From NCBI GenBank assembly GCA_963826115.1, contig CAWGVS010000002.1:96001-160000 (forward strand): a stretch of DNA of 64,000 bases, written 5' to 3'. Positions within the stretch are counted from its first letter, which is position 1; each line of letters opens with the position of its first letter. Of this stretch, positions 20,836 through 30,347 are shown in pieces. Position numbers and translations under genes: made by a program. A model generated the notes under the pieces. The model was not told where the DNA came from, made no database searches, and saw nothing but the letters and a program-made list of their open reading frames with translations. Source of the DNA: an uncultured Candidatus Rokubacteria bacterium (GTDB lineage: Bacteria; Methylomirabilota; Methylomirabilia; Rokubacteriales; DASRDR01).

Positions 20836-21930
20836 ATGTCGAGTCAGATATCTTCGCCGTCCGCGGAGCAACCCCCCGAGGGGCACCTCGTTCGCCGAGG
20901 CGTCGCCGCCGTCTGCCTCGGGCTGGCGGCGCTCGGGGCGATCGGGGTCATCGTCGCGGTCCGGCCGCCCCCGCCCCTCGCCCAGGGCTCCCGCACCGTC
21001 GAGGTCCCAGCGAGCGTGGGCGTGCTCGGGATCGCGCGCCACCTGGCCGCTCAGGGCGTGATCCGGAGCCAGATCGTCTTCGTCGGCCTGTCCACCCTCC
21101 GCGGAACGGCCCGCTCGCTCAAGGCGGGCGAGTACGAGGTGCCGCAGGGGGCGCCGCTCCTGGCCGTGCTCCAGCTCCTCGAGACGGGGCGGGTCAAGCC
21201 CCACCTCCTCGTGCTGCCCGAGGGCTTCACGATCCGCGACCTCGCCCGCCAGATCGAGGCCGAGGGGATCGCCCCGGCGAGCGACGTGATCCGGGTGGCC
21301 CGGAACCCCCAGACGGCCTGGAGCCTCGGGATCGAGGCGGACTCGCTCGAGGGCTACCTCTTCCCCGACACCTACCAGGTGACCAAGGGGATGCGCGTCG
21401 AGGAGATCCTCGGGCGGATGGTCCAGCGCTTCCGCGACCGTGCCGGCACCCCGGAGGTCGTCGCCCGCGCCCGGCAGCGCGGCCTGAGCCTCCACCAGCT
21501 CGTCACGCTCGCGTCCATCGTGGAGAAGGAAGCGGCCCTCGCCGCGGAGCGCCCCGTGATCGCCCGGGTGTTTCTCAACCGGCTACGGCTCGACATGCCG
21601 CTCCAGGCGGACCCCACGGTCGCCTACGCGCTCGCGAAGGAAGGGCGGGCGCCGACCCGCGAGGACCTCCAGATCGACCATCCGTTCAACACCTACCGGA
21701 ACCGGGGCCTTCCGCCCGGACCGATCGGGAGCCCTGGCCGGCCGGCGATCGACGCCGTCCTGGAGCCCGCGAACGCGCCGTACCTCTACTTCGTCGCCAT
21801 CGACGACCGGTCGCATCACTTCTCCACGACCCTCGAGGAGCACAACCAGGCGGTGGCGCGCTACCGGCAGTACCGCGCGCGGGCCCGGACGACGTCGATG
21901 CTTGCACCTGCCGACAAGCCGATGCTATGA
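20836..21930 (+). CDS. mltG: Endolytic transglycosylase MltG
   Basis: LEGYLFPDTY, LASIVEKE, LQADPT, PFNTYRNRGLPPGPI; start may be GTG 20821. Confidence 0.93.
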   Translation: MSSQISSPSAEQPPEGHLVRRGVAAVCLGLAALGAIGVIVAVRPPPPLAQGSRTVEVPASVGVLGIARHLAAQGVIRSQIVFVGLSTLRGTARSLKAGEYEVPQGAPLLAVLQLLETGRVKPHLLVLPEGFTIRDLARQIEAEGIAPASDVIRVARNPQTAWSLGIEADSLEGYLFPDTYQVTKGMRVEEILGRMVQRFRDRAGTPEVVARARQRGLSLHQLVTLASIVEKEAALAAERPVIARVFLNRLRLDMPLQADPTVAYALAKEGRAPTREDLQIDHPFNTYRNRGLPPGPIGSPGRPAIDAVLEPANAPYLYFVAIDDRSHHFSTTLEEHNQAVARYRQYRARARTTSMLAPADKPML

Positions 21931-22676
21931 AGGCACGAGACCCTCGCGTGATGAGCCACACCTGGAAGCCCGTGCCCGTCGTCTGGAGCCGCGAGGCGCC
22001 GCCGACGGCGGGCGAGCCGGAGCGGGTGCCCGCGATGTACGCCGGGCTCAAGCGGCTGCTCTCCCCGCTCCTCCGGCAGTTCTTCGCCTTCCACGTGAGC
22101 GGCCTCGAGCACCTGCCCGAGCGGGGGCCCTTCATCGTCGCCGCGAACCATGCGAACTACCTGGACGGCGTCGTGCTCGCCACCGCGATCCCCCGGAAGG
22201 TCAGCTTCCTGGTCATGCCGCGGGTGTACCGGGCCACGCGGCTCCATCCCTTCTTCCACGACCACGTGGGCTCGATCCCGGTATCCCTGGCCCGCCCCGA
22301 CCCCGGGGCGATCCGGCGGGCGCTCCGGGTGCTCGAGCAGGGCGGGGTGGTGGGGATCTTCCCCGAGGGGCCGTTCAGCCAGTACGGGAAGCTCGTCCGC
22401 GGCCAGCCCGGCGTCGCCCTCGTCGCCCTCCGGTCGGGCGTGCCCGTCATCCCCGCCGCGATCTCGGGGACGTTCCGCGCGCTGGCCGCCCGGCGCTTCT
22501 TCGTGCCCCGCCGGGTGCCGCTCGCCGTGCGCTTCGGGAAGCCGATCCGCTTCACCCAGCCGCGCCAGCGGGCGACCCAGGGCCTCCGCGCCGACGTCAC
22601 CGGCCGGATCATGGAGGAGATCGCGGCGCTCCTCGCCGCGGACGGGTCCCGCGCCCCGGCGGCCGTCCCGCAATGA
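21927..22676 (+). CDS. plsC: 1-acyl-sn-glycerol-3-phosphate acyltransferase (PlsC family)
   Basis: NHANYLD (HxxxxD) and IFPEG motifs. Confidence 0.85.
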   Translation: MKARDPRVMSHTWKPVPVVWSREAPPTAGEPERVPAMYAGLKRLLSPLLRQFFAFHVSGLEHLPERGPFIVAANHANYLDGVVLATAIPRKVSFLVMPRVYRATRLHPFFHDHVGSIPVSLARPDPGAIRRALRVLEQGGVVGIFPEGPFSQYGKLVRGQPGVALVALRSGVPVIPAAISGTFRALAARRFFVPRRVPLAVRFGKPIRFTQPRQRATQGLRADVTGRIMEEIAALLAADGSRAPAAVPQ

Positions 22677-24067
22677 CGGGTCCGGCCCCGAAGAGCCCGT
22701 GGGGCGGCCGCTTCGCCGAGCCGGCCGACACGTCGGCCCGCGCGTTCACGGCCTCCCTCCCCTTCGACCACCGGCTGTGGCCCCACGACATCCGGGGCAG
22801 CGAGGCCTGGGCGCGCGCGCTCGCGAAGGGCGGCGTCCTGTCGGAGGCGGACCTGGACGCGATCCTCCGCGGGCTCGCCGAGGTGCGGCACGAGCTCGAG
22901 ACCGGCGCGTTCCCCTACCGGATCGAGCTCGAGGACATCCACATGAACATCGAGCGGCGCCTGATCGAGAAGATCGGCGCCGTGGGCGGGAAGCTCCACA
23001 CCGGGCGGTCGCGGAACGACCAGATCGCGCTCGACATGCGGCTCTGGCTCCGGGGGGAGATCGACGCGATCCGCCTCGCCCTCCGCGAGGCGCAGGGGGC
23101 GCTCCTGGAGCAGGCCGAGCGGCACCGCGCGAGCCCGATGCCCGGCTACACGCACCTCCAGCGGGCGCAGCCGGTGCTCCTCGCGCACCACCTCCTCGCC
23201 TACGTGTTCATGCTGGGGCGGGACCGCGAGCGCCTCGCCGACGCGCGCCGGCGCCTCGACGTGTGCCCGCTCGGCGCGGGCGCCCTCGCGGGCACGACCG
23301 TCCCCGTCGACCGTCACGCGCTCGCGCAGGCGCTCGGCTTCCGGGCGCCGACCGCGAACAGCATGGATGCCGTGTCGGATCGCGACTTCGCGCTGGAGTT
23401 CTGCGCGGCGTCGGCCATCACGGCGACCCACCTCTCGCGCTTCGCCGAGGAGGTGGTGCTCTGGGCTTCGGCCGAGTTCGGCTTCGTCGAGCTGCCCGAC
23501 GCGTACTCGACCGGGTCGTCGATCATGCCCCAGAAGAAGAACCCGGACGTCGCCGAGCTGATCCGGGGAAAGACGGGGCGCGTCTACGGCGACCTCGTCC
23601 GCCTCCTGACCGTGATGAAGGGGCTGCCCCTCGCCTACCACTCCGACATGCAGGAGGACAAGGAAGGCTTCTTCGACGTCGCGGACACGCTGCGCGGCGT
23701 GCTCGGCATCCTCGCGCCCTTCGTGCGGGCGCTCCGCTTCCGGACCGACCGGCTCCGGGCGCTGGCCGGGGAGAGCTTCTCGACCGCGACCGACCTCGCC
23801 GGCTACCTCGTCCAGCGGGGCCTCCCCTTCCGGGACGCCCACGAGGCGGTCGGGCGGGCCGTGCGGCTGGCGGTCGAGCGCGGCGTCCGGCTCGAGGACC
23901 TCCCGCTCGCGGAGCTCCAGGCGCTGTCACCCCTCTTCGGCCCCGACTTCCGCGATGCCGTGTCGGTCGAGGCGTCCCTCGCCGCCCGCAACGTCTACGG
24001 CGGCACCGCGCCCGAGGCGGTAGCCCGCGCCCTCTCCGAGGCGCGCGACCTAATGGAGATCCCGTGA
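22673..24067 (+). CDS. argH: Argininosuccinate lyase
   Basis: WGGRF, EDIH, HTGRSRNDQ, GYTHLQRAQP, STGSSIMPQKKNPD. Confidence 0.97.
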   Translation: MTGPAPKSPWGGRFAEPADTSARAFTASLPFDHRLWPHDIRGSEAWARALAKGGVLSEADLDAILRGLAEVRHELETGAFPYRIELEDIHMNIERRLIEKIGAVGGKLHTGRSRNDQIALDMRLWLRGEIDAIRLALREAQGALLEQAERHRASPMPGYTHLQRAQPVLLAHHLLAYVFMLGRDRERLADARRRLDVCPLGAGALAGTTVPVDRHALAQALGFRAPTANSMDAVSDRDFALEFCAASAITATHLSRFAEEVVLWASAEFGFVELPDAYSTGSSIMPQKKNPDVAELIRGKTGRVYGDLVRLLTVMKGLPLAYHSDMQEDKEGFFDVADTLRGVLGILAPFVRALRFRTDRLRALAGESFSTATDLAGYLVQRGLPFRDAHEAVGRAVRLAVERGVRLEDLPLAELQALSPLFGPDFRDAVSVEASLAARNVYGGTAPEAVARALSEARDLMEIP

Positions 24068-25197
24068 GGGACGTGTCGCTGACCCGCGGATCCGGGTGGC
24101 CCCGTGCGGCGCTCGCCCTCGCGCTCCTGCTCCCGCTCGCGCTCGCCGCCTGCGGCAAGCGCGGGCCGCCGGTCGCGCCGGAGCGCAAGCTCCCGGCCGC
24201 CGTCCAGGACCTCCAGGGGAACGTCGAGGGCAGCGCGATCCGGCTCAACTGGACCCTGCCGAGGATCCGCGTCGACCGGAGCGCGCTGAAAGAGGTCCGG
24301 CGCACCGAGGTGTACCGCCGCGTGGAGGACGGGGCGCCCGAGGAGCCGGTCCGTCCCGCGGTTCTCGTCTTCGGCGGGCTGTTCGGTCCGCCCCCGGGCG
24401 TCCCCGGCTTCGAGCGGGTCGCCGACATCTCGGTCGCCGAGCCGGAGAAGGCACAGGTCCAGGGCAACCTGGTGACGTTCACCGACGCCCAGGACCTCAA
24501 GGTCGGCCGGCGCTACACCTACGTGGTCGTCGCGCTCGACGAGCACGGCCGCCCGAGCCCGCCGTCGAACAAGGTCGTCGTCGCGCTGGCGGCCGCGCCG
24601 GTCGCGCCCCCCCGTCTCGAGGCCGCGCCGGGAGACGGACAGATCCGGCTGACCTGGGACGCGCCGGCCACTCTGGTCGACGGGTCACCCGCGCCGGGCG
24701 ACCTCGTCTACGACGTGTTCCGGTCGACGACGCCGGGTCTGCCCGCCGGCCGCCCCCTGAACCAGGAGCCCGTCGCCGCCAACCAGTACCTGGACCTGGC
24801 GGTGCAGAACGACGTGACCTATCACTACGCCGTGCGAGCGCGGCTCGGCCCTGGCGGGGCCCAGAGCCAGCCCACCACGGTCGCGAGCGCGACGCCGGAG
24901 GACCAGACCGCGCCCGCCCAGCCGCGCGGGCTGGTGGCGGTCCTCGCCGGACCGACGGTCCGGCTCGCGTGGCAGGCGGTGCCCGACGCCGACGTGGCCG
25001 GCTACGTCGTCTACCGGAGCACGACGCCCGGCCGGGGCCACGTCCGGCTGACGGGCCAGCCGCAGGGCGGGACCACTTTCGTCGACAGCGACATGCGACC
25101 CGGACAGACGTACTACTACCAGGTCACCGCCGTCGACCGCGCGAAGCGCGCCAACGAGTCCGTGCCCTCCCAGGAGGTCTCCGCAACCCTGCCGTGA
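24064..25197 (+). CDS. Lipoprotein with fibronectin type III repeats
   Basis: LAACGKRGPP lipobox; repeated LxW...YxVYRS...YxYxVxA FnIII pattern. Confidence 0.8.
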   Translation: MRDVSLTRGSGWPRAALALALLLPLALAACGKRGPPVAPERKLPAAVQDLQGNVEGSAIRLNWTLPRIRVDRSALKEVRRTEVYRRVEDGAPEEPVRPAVLVFGGLFGPPPGVPGFERVADISVAEPEKAQVQGNLVTFTDAQDLKVGRRYTYVVVALDEHGRPSPPSNKVVVALAAAPVAPPRLEAAPGDGQIRLTWDAPATLVDGSPAPGDLVYDVFRSTTPGLPAGRPLNQEPVAANQYLDLAVQNDVTYHYAVRARLGPGGAQSQPTTVASATPEDQTAPAQPRGLVAVLAGPTVRLAWQAVPDADVAGYVVYRSTTPGRGHVRLTGQPQGGTTFVDSDMRPGQTYYYQVTAVDRAKRANESVPSQEVSATLP

Positions 25198-25293
25198 GGC
25201 GTCGTTGTCTTGATTCACACCGGGGGGCATGCTAGCGTCCCCCGTGACGACTCCGCCCGCTCGAGTAGCGCCGTGCCGCGAAGGAGGCTGACG

Positions 25294-26184
25294 ATGCGAC
25301 GCACCTTCCAGGGCTCGCTGGTCGCGATGGTCACTCCGTTCCATGACGGCAAGGTCGACGAGGGCAAGCTCCGCGAGCTCGTGGAGTTCCATGTGGCGAG
25401 CGGCACCGACGGCCTGGTCCCCTGCGGGACGACCGGCGAATCGCCCACCCTCTCGCACGCGGAGCACAAGCGCGTCGTCGAGATCGTGATCGAGCAGGCG
25501 CGGGGCCGGATCCCGGTGGTCGCGGGCACGGGCTCCAACTCGACCGCCGAGGCGATCGAGATGACGCAGCACGCCGCCAAGGCCGGGGCCGCGGGCGCGC
25601 TGATCGTGACCCCGTACTACAACAAGCCGACCCAGCAGGGCCTCTACGAGCACTACCGCGCCATCGCGCAGGCCGCGCCCGACCTGCCCCTGATCATCTA
25701 CAACATCCAGGGGCGGACGGCCGTCAACATGGAGACCGAGACTCTGGCGCGCCTCGCCCAGATCCCGAACATCGTGGGCGTCAAGGAAGCGTCGGGGAGC
25801 CTCGATCAGATGACCGCCGTGATCCTGGCCTGCGGCCCGGAGTTCACGGTCCTCTCCGGCGACGACAACCTCACCCTTCCCCTGATGTCCGTCGGCGGGC
25901 GCGGCGTGATCTCCGTGGTCGGCAACTTCCTGGCCCGCGAGGTCGCCGACGTGACGCACGCGGCGCTCGAGGGCGACTGGAAGCGGGCTCGCGACCTCCA
26001 CCTGAAGCTCTATCCCGTCTGCAAGGCCATGTTCATCGAGACCAACCCGATCCCGGTGAAGGAAGCGATGGCCATGCTCGGGATGATCCGGGCGGAGTGG
26101 CGGCTGCCGATGTGCCCGATGACCCCGGCCAACCGGGAGAAGCTCCGCCAGGCGCTGGTCCAGGCCGGCGTCCTCAAGGCCTGA
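25294..26184 (+). CDS. dapA: 4-hydroxy-tetrahydrodipicolinate synthase
   Basis: AGGAGG RBS; GTTGES, PYYNKP, YNIQGRT, KEASG, SGDD, NPIPVK. Confidence 0.96.
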   Translation: MRRTFQGSLVAMVTPFHDGKVDEGKLRELVEFHVASGTDGLVPCGTTGESPTLSHAEHKRVVEIVIEQARGRIPVVAGTGSNSTAEAIEMTQHAAKAGAAGALIVTPYYNKPTQQGLYEHYRAIAQAAPDLPLIIYNIQGRTAVNMETETLARLAQIPNIVGVKEASGSLDQMTAVILACGPEFTVLSGDDNLTLPLMSVGGRGVISVVGNFLAREVADVTHAALEGDWKRARDLHLKLYPVCKAMFIETNPIPVKEAMAMLGMIRAEWRLPMCPMTPANREKLRQALVQAGVLKA

Positions 26185-26201
26185 GCCGGGCCGGGTCGCC
26201 C

Positions 26202-27002
26202 GTGGTCGAACTGGTCATCGCGGGCGCGGCCGGGCGGATGGGCGGCCGCGTCATCGCGCTGGCCCGGGAGGCGGCGGACCTCCGCGTGACGGGCGCCTTC
26301 GAGCGGCCCGGGCATCCCGACCTCGGCCGGGACGCCGGCGAGGTCGCGGGCGCGGGCCACCTCGGCGTGGCGATCGCGGTCGACGCCGGACCGCTCCTGG
26401 CTCCGGGTCGCGTCCTCGTGGAGTTCACCGCCCCGGAACCGACGCTCGAGCACCTTCGCCTCGCGGCCGCCCGCGGCGCCGGCGCCGTCGTCGGGACGAC
26501 GGGCCTCCAGGCCGCGCAGGTCGACGAACTCCGCCGGCTGGCGACGCGCGTGCCCATCATGTTCTCCCCCAACATGAGCGTGGGGGTGAACCTCGCGTTC
26601 CGGGTCTTGGCGCTCATGGCCAAGGCCCTCGGCGACGACTACGACGTGGAGATCACGGAGATTCACCACCGGATGAAGAAGGACGCGCCGAGCGGCACGG
26701 CCGCCAAGATGGCCGAGGTGCTCGCCGAGGCCCTCGGGCGCCGGATCGAGGACGCGGGCGTCTACGGCCGCCACGGCCTCGTCGGGGAACGGACGACGAA
26801 GGAGATCGGTGTCCACGCGCTCCGCGGCGGCGACGTCGTCGGCGAGCACACCGTGGTCTTCAGCACGACCGGCGAGCGCCTCGAGCTCACCCACCGGGCC
26901 CACAGTCGCGACACCTTCGCCCACGGGGCGCTCCGGGCGGCGCGGTTCGTCGCCGGGGCGCCCCCCGGCCTCTACTCCATGCACGACGTCCTCGGGCTCT
27001 AG
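26202..27002 (+). CDS. dapB: 4-hydroxy-tetrahydrodipicolinate reductase
   Basis: GAAGRMG, GTTG, EIHHRMKKDAPSGTA, RGGDVVGEH. Confidence 0.96.
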   Translation: MVELVIAGAAGRMGGRVIALAREAADLRVTGAFERPGHPDLGRDAGEVAGAGHLGVAIAVDAGPLLAPGRVLVEFTAPEPTLEHLRLAAARGAGAVVGTTGLQAAQVDELRRLATRVPIMFSPNMSVGVNLAFRVLALMAKALGDDYDVEITEIHHRMKKDAPSGTAAKMAEVLAEALGRRIEDAGVYGRHGLVGERTTKEIGVHALRGGDVVGEHTVVFSTTGERLELTHRAHSRDTFAHGALRAARFVAGAPPGLYSMHDVLGL

Positions 27003-27021
27003 GCGGAGAGCGGCGGCCCGC

Positions 27022-27408
27022 ATGAGCCCCGTCCGGCCGGGTCGCGGACCGTCTGATATGCTTTTCGTCGAAGACATCCGGTTCTACGGCCATCACGGGG
27101 TCACGCCGGCCCAGCAGGAGGTCGGGGCGTGGTTCTCGGCGGACGTGGAGCTGGCGCTGGACCTCACCCCCGCGGCGCTCTCCGACGACCTGGGCGCGGG
27201 CGTCGACTACGGGCGGGTGGTGGAGCGCGTCGTGGCCATCGGCACCGGCGAGCGGCTCCACCTGATCGAGCGGCTCGCGGGCCTGGTCTGCGAGGCGCTC
27301 CTCCGGGAGTACCCGGCGCGCGAGGTCACGGTGACCGTGCGCAAGGTCACGGCGCCGCTCGACGGGGTGGCCGCCACCCCGGGTGTCCGGATGACACGGA
27401 GTCGGTAG
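27022..27408 (+). CDS. folB: Dihydroneopterin aldolase
   Basis: FYGHHGV, VDY, LIERLA, RK; start 27022 or 27058. Confidence 0.9.
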   Translation: MSPVRPGRGPSDMLFVEDIRFYGHHGVTPAQQEVGAWFSADVELALDLTPAALSDDLGAGVDYGRVVERVVAIGTGERLHLIERLAGLVCEALLREYPAREVTVTVRKVTAPLDGVAATPGVRMTRSR

Positions 27409-27410
27409 GC

Positions 27411-27917
27411 ATGGCGCGCGTGTTTCTCTCGCTGGGCTCGAACCTGGGCGACCGCCGGCGGCACCTCGAGACCGCCCTGGCGCTCCTGCGCGCGGAGCTG
27501 GGCGTGCGCGTCGTCACGTGCTCCCAGGTGTACGAGGCGCCGCCGTGGCCCGCGCTCGCCGCGCCGCGCGAGCACTGGCATCTGAACTGCGCCGTCGAGA
27601 TCGAGACGGATCTGCCGCCCCACCGGCTGCTCCGGCTGACCCAGGCGATCGAGAGCCAGTCGGGCCGCCCGGCGCCCGGGCCCCCGGGACCGACCGGGCC
27701 GCGCACGCTCGACATCGACATCCTGCTCTACGCCGACCAGGTGATCGCCGAGGACCAGCTCCAGATCCCGCACCCGTTCCTGCACCTTCGCCGGTTCGTG
27801 CTGGTGCCGCTCGCCGACATCGCCCCCGAGTTCGAGCACCCGACGCTCTACCAGTCGATCACCGATCTCCTGGGCGAGCTCGCGAGCGAGGGCGACATCG
27901 TCCCGTACCCCGACTGA
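27411..27917 (+). CDS. folK: 2-amino-4-hydroxy-6-hydroxymethyldihydropteridine diphosphokinase
   Basis: LGSNLGDR, PRTLDIDIL, IPHP..RRFVLVPL. Confidence 0.93.
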   Translation: MARVFLSLGSNLGDRRRHLETALALLRAELGVRVVTCSQVYEAPPWPALAAPREHWHLNCAVEIETDLPPHRLLRLTQAIESQSGRPAPGPPGPTGPRTLDIDILLYADQVIAEDQLQIPHPFLHLRRFVLVPLADIAPEFEHPTLYQSITDLLGELASEGDIVPYPD

Positions 27918-27992
27918 CCGACGGCCGCCGCCGGCCCGCGCCCCTTGCCGAGGCCGGGGCATTCTGTTAGCTTCCGCTGGCAGAGGCTAGCC

Positions 27993-28505
27993 GTGTCCGA
28001 GCCGTCCACAGAGTTCCGCCAGCAGGCGCTCACGCACCTCGATACCCTGTACAGCTTTGCCCTGCGCCTGACCAAGCGGCCGCCGGACGCCGACGACCTG
28101 GTCCAGGAGACCTACCTCCGGGCCTTCCGGTTCGCTCACCGCTTCGAACCGGGAACGCATCTCCGCGCCTGGTTGTTCCAGATACTGAGAAACACGTTCC
28201 TCACGTTCTACCGGCGGGAGACCCACCAGCCGGTGCTCCTCGACAAGGACCTGGACGACGGGCTCGAGGAGGCGCCGGCGGGGGAGGCCCCGGACCCGGC
28301 AGTCGTGACGATCCTGGACCTCGAACGGGCGCTTTCGGAGCTGCCCGAGGACTTCCGATCGGTGCTGCTGCTCGCGGACCTGGAAGGGCTGGCGCTGCAC
28401 GAGATCGGCCAGATCATGGACATCCCGATCGGCACGGTGAAGTCGCGGCTGTTCCGGGCCCGCCGGATGGTGCGGCGCCGTCTCGGCGATTATCGGACGC
28501 ACTGA
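27993..28505 (+). CDS. ECF sigma factor
   Basis: DADDLVQETYLRA, AWLFQILRN, IPIGTVKSRLFRAR. Confidence 0.92.
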   Translation: MSEPSTEFRQQALTHLDTLYSFALRLTKRPPDADDLVQETYLRAFRFAHRFEPGTHLRAWLFQILRNTFLTFYRRETHQPVLLDKDLDDGLEEAPAGEAPDPAVVTILDLERALSELPEDFRSVLLLADLEGLALHEIGQIMDIPIGTVKSRLFRARRMVRRRLGDYRTH

Positions 28506-28508
28506 GCA

Positions 28509-29294
28509 ATGGACTGCCACGAGACCCGAGCCAGCCTCGAGGAGTACCGGCGGCGCGAGCTGCCGCCCGAGCGCGCGCGCGCCGTCGAGACGCACCTCGC
28601 GGGGTGCCCCGCCTGCCGGGCACTCCTGGCGCGCGAGGACGCCGTGGCGGCGCTGGTCCGGACGCTGCCGCGCACCCCGGCCCCGGCCGCGCTCCTCCGC
28701 CAGGTCCGGGCGCTCGGCGTCCGCCGGCGGGGCGTCGTCGGCTGGCTCCAGCGCCCCTCGGTCGCGGCCGCGGTCGCCGCGCTCGTCGTCGCCGCGGTCT
28801 TTGCGCCCTTCGTCCGCCGGGCGCCCGAATCGCCCGGAGACGCCGTCGAGGCGCTGATCCAGTCGGGCGTCACCGAGCACCGGCGGATCCTCCTCGACCT
28901 GGAGGCCCTGCCCCGGGAGCTCGTCGACGCCGATGTGCTGTTCCAGCGGGTGGCGTCGGTGACCGCCGTCGAGCTCCCCCGGGTGTTCGCGGGCAACGAC
29001 GAGCTTCACCTCGTCGCCGTGCGCCCGACCATCCTGGCCAGCCGGAAGACCGCCGCCGCGACCATGCGGTACCGGACCCTGTCCGACACGACGTACTTCG
29101 TGCTGTCGGGGGCGGACCTCCCCATGCCCACGACGGGGCGCGTCCAGATCGAGCAGTACCGGCCCTACATGCGCGAGGTGAACGGCTTCAACGTCGTGTA
29201 CTGGAAGCAGAAAGACCTGGCCTACCTCATGGTGTCGGGGCTCGACCGGGAGGGCTGCCAGAAGCTGTACCTCAAGGTGCGGCAGGCGCTGTAG
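28509..29294 (+). CDS. Zinc-finger (ZAS) transmembrane anti-sigma factor
   Basis: HLAGCPAC (HxxxCxxC), TM helix, follows ECF sigma. Confidence 0.88.
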   Translation: MDCHETRASLEEYRRRELPPERARAVETHLAGCPACRALLAREDAVAALVRTLPRTPAPAALLRQVRALGVRRRGVVGWLQRPSVAAAVAALVVAAVFAPFVRRAPESPGDAVEALIQSGVTEHRRILLDLEALPRELVDADVLFQRVASVTAVELPRVFAGNDELHLVAVRPTILASRKTAAATMRYRTLSDTTYFVLSGADLPMPTTGRVQIEQYRPYMREVNGFNVVYWKQKDLAYLMVSGLDREGCQKLYLKVRQAL

Positions 29295-29331
29295 CCGGCC
29301 CCGCGGAGTCGAGAAGGAGGCAGCCACGGCG

Positions 29332-29499
29332 ATGCCCTCCTCCGCGCCCGGCGTTACCACGTCCGACGTCCAGCGCCTCTCCATCGTCGTGCCGGTGTAC
29401 CAGGGCGAGCGCACGCTCGACGCGTTGCTGGCGGAGATCGAGCCCCTCACAACACCGACCGCCACGCCCCGCGGCCGCCGGTTCCGGGTGGCCGAGGTG
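29332..29499 (+). pseudogene. N-terminal fragment of a GT2 glycosyltransferase
   Basis: AGGAGG RBS; LSIVVPVYQGERTL...FRVAEV, then breaks off before the expected Asp-containing strand and runs antisense into the ABC permease. Confidence 0.6.
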
Positions 29500-29519
29500 A
29501 GGGCCGCCGGCCCGCGCGG

Positions 29520-30347
29520 TCAGCTCTCGCGCGGGTCCAGAAGGTCGCGCAGCCCGTCGCCGAGCAGGTTGAAGCCCAGCACGGCGAGCGCGATCGCCGC
29601 GCCCGGGAAGATCGCGTACCACGGGGAGAGCTGGAGGAAGTTCTGCGCCTCCCGCAGCATGAGCCCCCACGAGGGATGGGGCGGCTGGGTGCCGAGCCCG
29701 AGGTACGAGAGGGCGGCCTCGGCCAGGATCGCCAGCGGGAACGAGATGGTCGCCTGCACGATGAGCGGCGAGACCGTGTTCGGGAAGACGTGCCGGCGGA
29801 GGATCGCCCCGTCGCGGGCGCCGAGGGCCCGCGCCGCCGTGACGAACTCCTGCGTCTGGATCGAGAGGACGCTCGCTCGCGTGAGCCGCGCGAACACCGG
29901 CACGTAGGCCACCCCCACGGCGACCATGCTGATCAGCACGCCCGGGCCGAAGACCGCCGCGACGAGGAGCGCGGACAGGACCGCCGGGAAGCCGTAGATC
30001 GCGTCCGCCACCCGCATCGTCGCCTCGTCGAGCCACCCGCCCACCCAGCCGCCCGCCGCGCCCAGCGTCACGCCGACGGCCAGGCCGATGCCGACCGCGA
30101 TCGCGCCGACCGCGAGCGAGGCGATCGCGCCGCGCATGACGCGCGACAGGAGGTCGCGCCCGTACTGGTCGGTCCCCATCGGGTGGCCCGCGGACGGCGG
30201 CTCGAGCCGAGCCGTGAGCTCCATGCGGAGAGGATCCTGGGGCGTGTAGACGAGGGAGACCAGCGCGCTCGCGACGATCGCCAGCGTGAGCGCGAGCCCG
30301 ATCCCGAAGCTCGGGTGGCGGCGCGCGCGGCGCCAGCCCCTACTCAT
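29520..30347 (-). CDS. Peptide/nickel ABC transporter permease (DppC-like)
   Basis: HPMGTDQYGRD, FVTAARALGA, EAALSYLGLG, PSWG, NLLGDGLRD. Confidence 0.93.
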   Translation of the reverse strand: MSRGWRRARRHPSFGIGLALTLAIVASALVSLVYTPQDPLRMELTARLEPPSAGHPMGTDQYGRDLLSRVMRGAIASLAVGAIAVGIGLAVGVTLGAAGGWVGGWLDEATMRVADAIYGFPAVLSALLVAAVFGPGVLISMVAVGVAYVPVFARLTRASVLSIQTQEFVTAARALGARDGAILRRHVFPNTVSPLIVQATISFPLAILAEAALSYLGLGTQPPHPSWGLMLREAQNFLQLSPWYAIFPGAAIALAVLGFNLLGDGLRDLLDPRES

